A stretch of DNA of 64,000 nucleotides from an uncultured Phycisphaerales bacterium (lineage in GTDB: Bacteria > Planctomycetota > Phycisphaerae > Tepidisphaerales > Tepidisphaeraceae). Both the position numbers and the translations under genes were made by a program. Where the stretch lies: assembly GCA_963844715.1 (NCBI GenBank), contig CAWJPJ010000008.1:320001-384000 (forward strand), in the 5' to 3' direction. The notes under the pieces were generated by a model that made no database searches, was not told the origin of the DNA, and saw nothing but the letters and a program-made list of their open reading frames with translations. Shown here one piece after another: positions 59,707 to 64,000 of this stretch. The first letter of the stretch is position 1. Each line of letters begins with the position of its first letter.

Positions 59707-62205
59707 CCATCCGACTCGACGATCTCCGGCAACACCGCGACGGGCGGGACCGGAGGGGGCTTTAGTTTCAACGCGGGCTACAATTATGTCACCCTCACGG
59801 GCAGTCCGCCGCCGACGATCAACGGGACGATCGTTTCCGGGAATACCGGCGGTGATTTTTATGGCACGCAATACACTGCCGGCGACGATGTCTTCAACGG
59901 AACCAATAACCTCATCGGCGGAAATGCGCTGCTGGCGGGGCTTGGAGCTTACGGGACGACGGTAATGGCGGGAGCCACGCTGGGGGTGGCGACTCCAGTG
60001 ACCGTGGACACGATGGCGCTGCTGCCGGGGTCGCCGGCGCTGGACGCCGGAGCCAATACCTTCGACGATCAGAAGGGCAACCCAGTTCTCAGTGACCAGC
60101 GCGGGATCAGCCGCGATCCCGCTGAGGGATCATCCGACATTGGAGCGTTCCAGAGCCAAGGGTTCAACGTCACGATTACCGCGGGGAACAATCAAAGTAC
60201 GACCGTCAATTCGCCATTCTCCACGGCTCTGGGGGTCCACGTTACGGCCAACGATTCCGGACTGACCAATCTGAGCGGCGGAATCGTGACGTTCATTGCT
60301 CCCTCGACGGGCGCGACCGCCGTGCTGGGGACCAATCAACTCATCTCTGATCCGGTTACCCTTAGCAGCGGGGGGACCGCCACCAGCGACACCTTCACGG
60401 CCGACGATGTGACTGGAACCTACAATGTGATGGCGTCGGCTACGCCTTATGCGACTTCATCGTTCGCGAATTTTGCGCTGACGAACGGCGGGACTCCCAC
60501 AGCGGGACTCCCGACGCTCTCCATCACCGGCGCGACGACGGCGACGGGCGGCCTTTCCTACACGCTGACTCTTAACACCAGCGATGCCACGCAAAACATT
60601 CCGCTGACCTGGACGATCCAATGGGGGGACGCGCAGGTCAGCACGGCCACGCAGAATAATGACGCTCTCACAACGGTAACGCTGACCGACGGATTCGCGA
60701 CGGCCCCGGAGAATTTTACGATCTTTGCCACGGCCACGGACGGGAACGGGAATATTTACGTTGCTGGCACTTGGCAGGTGAACGAGGACGACGAGGAAGT
60801 GCGTCTCCCTCCTGGGCCGGTGCAGGCAGAGGCGATGTCCACGGATTTGGTCGATCTAACTTGGAACGCCGTGGCAGGAGCGCAGTACTACGAAGTTTTC
60901 CGCGGTAACAGCCCTAACTTTACACCATCATACAATAATGACGTATCTAACGCCGTCATCGCGCCCTCTTTTGCGGATAGCAACCTTTCGGCGGGTACGA
61001 CTTATGATTACAAGGTATACGCAATTGACGCTTCAGGAGCTGCGGGCCTTGTCGGCGCGAGTTCTGCGGCGACGCCTTTATTCGATGCCCCAATTGATCC
61101 CGGCTCGGGCGCAGACTCAACCCCGTCCGGAGCACCCGTCGACATTCAGGCGATGGGAGTTAATGACTTGGAGATATTCGTTTCGTGGACCTGCACAGCT
61201 CGAAATATAGATGGCTTCCAAATACAAATTTCGACCGACCAGGTCAATTGGGGAGACGCCGGCGACGTGCCTGCATTCTACACCGACCTAACAGCTTCGT
61301 CTGCGTCGTACATCCAAAACTACGTTGTCCGGACCGGACCAAACGGCAGTGACCTTCTACAGGAAGGCCAGAAATACTACATTCGCGTAAGATCATATAA
61401 TAGCGGGTATCAGAGTGCCTGGGATTATTCTTCTGGACCAGCTGAAGTCGTCACCCCGAGTGTGGACGTCGGCGCGGGCATGGATACCGTCTTAGTTTTT
61501 GGCGGCAACGACGAGCCAATGACCAGACTTCTACAGGGGGTCAGCGTCGGGTTGGGCGGGGTTCTGCAGGGCGCGAACCCGGCATTGGACGGGGTTGGGG
61601 CCGTCTGGGTTCACGACGTAAACGAGGGCTATAATGCATTTCTCACGGCAGATCCGCACGATGGCGGAGCGCCTAGCGGCTATGGCGGCATGCCACCACC
61701 AGGCGCCGTGCCAGCTTATGAAGACATAATCAATAATAACGGCACCGGCCTACTCTACACTGAACTGCAAACCGAACTTAACCGAGGCTATTACGATCTG
61801 GGGTTGATCGGATACAGTCACGGAGTGGGGATCATGGGGAATATGATGTTGACCTTGGTTAACGATCCGGCGACGCCGTTTTTTACGACCGGCGTTTTCG
61901 TGGGCACAATCGATGGGGTTGAATACGGCGCAGGACCGGATTCGAGCGGGACCTGGCTAACGCCGAGGGACGGGTGGTATATAGGCCCCGATGCACCAGT
62001 TGTCGTATCTCCCGCCGCGCTTTGGCCAACAACGTGCACCGGTGTGAATTATTGGGAGCCCAATTGGTATGATGGTATTGTAGGAGGCTCCAACATGTTG
62101 AGTGCAACGAATTACGAGATCGACTTCCTCACCCACAGCAACATCGATAATTCGAGCGGTGTCCTGAGTGGCATTGAGAATGCCATGGATAGCGCTTTTA
62201 ACTAG
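59707..62205 (+). pseudogene. Orphan cassette 3 (no native start or signal): anchor-Q, Ig, PKD-like, FN3s, hydrolase tip 3
   Basis: Frame opens after TGA at 59704 directly into DNA near-identical to ~50405-50640; GYSHG at 61810-61824, IDGV and THSNI. Confidence 0.78.
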
Positions 62206-63089
62206 GGCCTGTCTGATGAATCCAAAATCCTGAAATAGCGACGGATCATGGCGAGCTTGGCCATGGCCTGAAAGTTCACCGCCAGTTTCTCGTAACGCGT
62301 GCCCAGGCGGCGATTCTCCTTCATCCAATTCACGCAACGCTCCACCACGTTCCGTCGGCGATACGCCTTGCGATCAAAGTTCTCCTGCGGCGGCTGATTC
62401 GATTTCGCCGGGATCACCGCTTGGATTCGGTGGCGACGCAGCCATCGCCGCACATTTCCGTAACTGTATCCCTTGTCGCCCGCCAGCCTCCTGGGGCGAC
62501 GACGGCGGCGACCGATGCGCATCGCGTTCATCACCGGCTCCACGTACCGGCTCTCGTGGCATTGGCCGGCGCTGGCCTCGACGGCGAGCGGAACTCCCTG
62601 GCCGTCAGTAACCAGGTGGAGCTTGCTGCCCCACCCGCCTCGGCTGCGGCCCAACGCGTGATCCGCCGGTTCTTCCGGGGCGGTTTTGATTTTCTGGCTC
62701 CGGCGGCGGATCGACTGGCTCGCACATTGGTGCCGTCGATGCACCACAGGTCCCAGTCGATTCGTCCTTGCTTGTCCAACCTCATCTGCAGCCGCTGGAG
62801 GATTCGATCAATCGTTCCGTCCTTTCTCCAGCGGTTGAAGCGGTCGTAGACGCTTTGCCATCTGCCGTAACGTTCGGGCATCTCGCGCCATTCAGCGCCC
62901 GAGTGCAGAATCCAGAACATGCCGTTGAGCGTGGTGCGGTGGTCGTTCCACTGCCCGCCGCGCTTGCCGTTGCCGGGCAGCAGATCGCCGATCAACTCGT
63001 ACTGCTCATCCGTGAGCTCATAACGTCGCATCCGTGACACCTCGTCTGAAAACCGCTATTTATAACCAAAAGCGATTCATCAGACAGGC
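62206..63089 (-). mobile_element. IS5 family insertion sequence (IS427-like, two-ORF transposase)
   Basis: Perfect 17-bp TIR GGCCTGTCTGATGAATC flanked by CTAG on both sides; ORF A (YELTDEQ, WREMPERYG, IDGT) and ORF B (KLH, GDKGY, RNVVER). Confidence 0.92.
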
Positions 63090-63145
63090 CCTAGTGGGTG
63101 CCATACTTTTTTCACAGTAGTGTGATATGTATGGTGGCGGGCGTT

Positions 63146-63529
63146 ATGAGTGGCGAACCGAAAAATAAAACCGACCCCGAAGCAACGCCCCTGGAGTACG
63201 TCACCCCTGGTACCGAAACCGAAGGCGCCCGGCCATACGAGACCGTGGGGATCATAGCGGGAATCTTGTCCGCCGCGGCAATGGTTATTCAGCTTCCGTG
63301 GGGGTATCTCGCTTTCATGTCTGCGTGGGACCGCGCCAAAGAATTGCCATCTAGCCAGGCGATGGCGGTCCAGTGGATCATGATAATGCTTCCGACGGTC
63401 ATTGCGCTGCCATTGGGAGTCGCATCTATAACACTGGGCGGACTCTCCGAGCGAAACGCTCTTGGGCTGATGGGGCTGATTTTTGCCGCGTTGGCCGCGG
63501 GAGCGGTCCTATGGCATTTTTTCCTCTAA
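63146..63529 (+). CDS. Putative membrane immunity protein for tip 3
   Basis: Three TM helices; LEY, QLPW, PTV and NALG motifs; paralog of 59148..59543. Confidence 0.6.
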   Translation: MSGEPKNKTDPEATPLEYVTPGTETEGARPYETVGIIAGILSAAAMVIQLPWGYLAFMSAWDRAKELPSSQAMAVQWIMIMLPTVIALPLGVASITLGGLSERNALGLMGLIFAALAAGAVLWHFFL

Positions 63530-63669
63530 GAACGAATTAAAGAACGAATTTGAGGAATCTAGGGACCGCCACCACCTACTTATTGTTGCCTTTGGAATTG
63601 GCGATGGGGATGATTGGGGCATGCCGCGTGTGCCTCGGATTGTGCTTCCTGATAAGGGCATGGAAATGC

Positions 63670-64000
63670 ATGAAAGCCCGAAGGCCCCTTGATTACGCCG
63701 GGCCGAGTGGTGCGAAGCCGAAAGCTGCGGCGACCCACGGTGGAGACGGCCGCACGCCGATCCTCCCCTATCTTCCAATGATTTTCGCAATTTTGCAGCT
63801 GCCATGCACCATGTTTTTCGGCGGTGTGTTGTTTCTCCTGTGTAACTATATCGGCCCGATCCAGTTTCTTGACTCGCTTACGCCAAGAGGCGTCGTGTGG
63901 GTTTCACTTTTGCCGTCGGGCGGCGGGGGTTTTACTCGGTGCTTTTGTGATGTTTTGTCTTAGGCCGATCAATCTCGTAGACCGGATCTTTGCGATGCTT
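63670..64000 (+). CDS. Additional immunity-like membrane paralog (stop at 63963, or frameshifted and running off the window)
   Basis: LDYA, QLPC and LLPS motifs matching the other two membrane genes. Confidence 0.45.

Noticed and set aside
50405..60800. Diversity-generating retroelement (TR/VR-like repeats)
   Set aside because: No reverse transcriptase is in the window, the differences are not adenine-specific, and the repeats are long coding stalk segments.

Overview
GC-rich bacterial window, most likely Planctomycetota (Phycisphaerae/Tepidisphaerales-like). This is inferred from LExRxLLS export signals and ATQP and LDYA/LEY peptide motifs. Many single-base frameshifts break even essential genes (gyrA, dnaX), so most are probably long-read assembly errors, and gene boundaries below are reconstructed across them. 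Bases 1-46 kb are mostly housekeeping and accessory genes: a PglX-like methyltransferase, IDH-family dehydrogenase, tyrA, ybaB-dnaX, an Arn-like sugar operon, RelE and HEPN/MNT toxin-antitoxin pairs, a GH28-Ig-repeat exoprotein, comEC, gyrA, folD and a MacAB-TolC-like pump. This part also holds a c-di-AMP riboswitch, a probable dnaX slippery site and several palindromic repeat elements. The main discovery is at 46.5-64 kb, which looks like a polymorphic toxin/immunity array on an unusual scaffold. A ~2,090-aa planctomycete exoprotein (CSLREA-like, beta-helix, choice-of-anchor-Q, PKD and FN3 domains) ends in an alpha/beta-hydrolase tip. It is followed by two start-less orphan cassettes that share near-identical DNA with the main gene but carry different hydrolase tips. 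Each tip is followed by a small lipoprotein or membrane candidate immunity gene. An IS21 and an IS5 element are inserted in the array. The toxin/immunity function is inference from architecture, not demonstrated.
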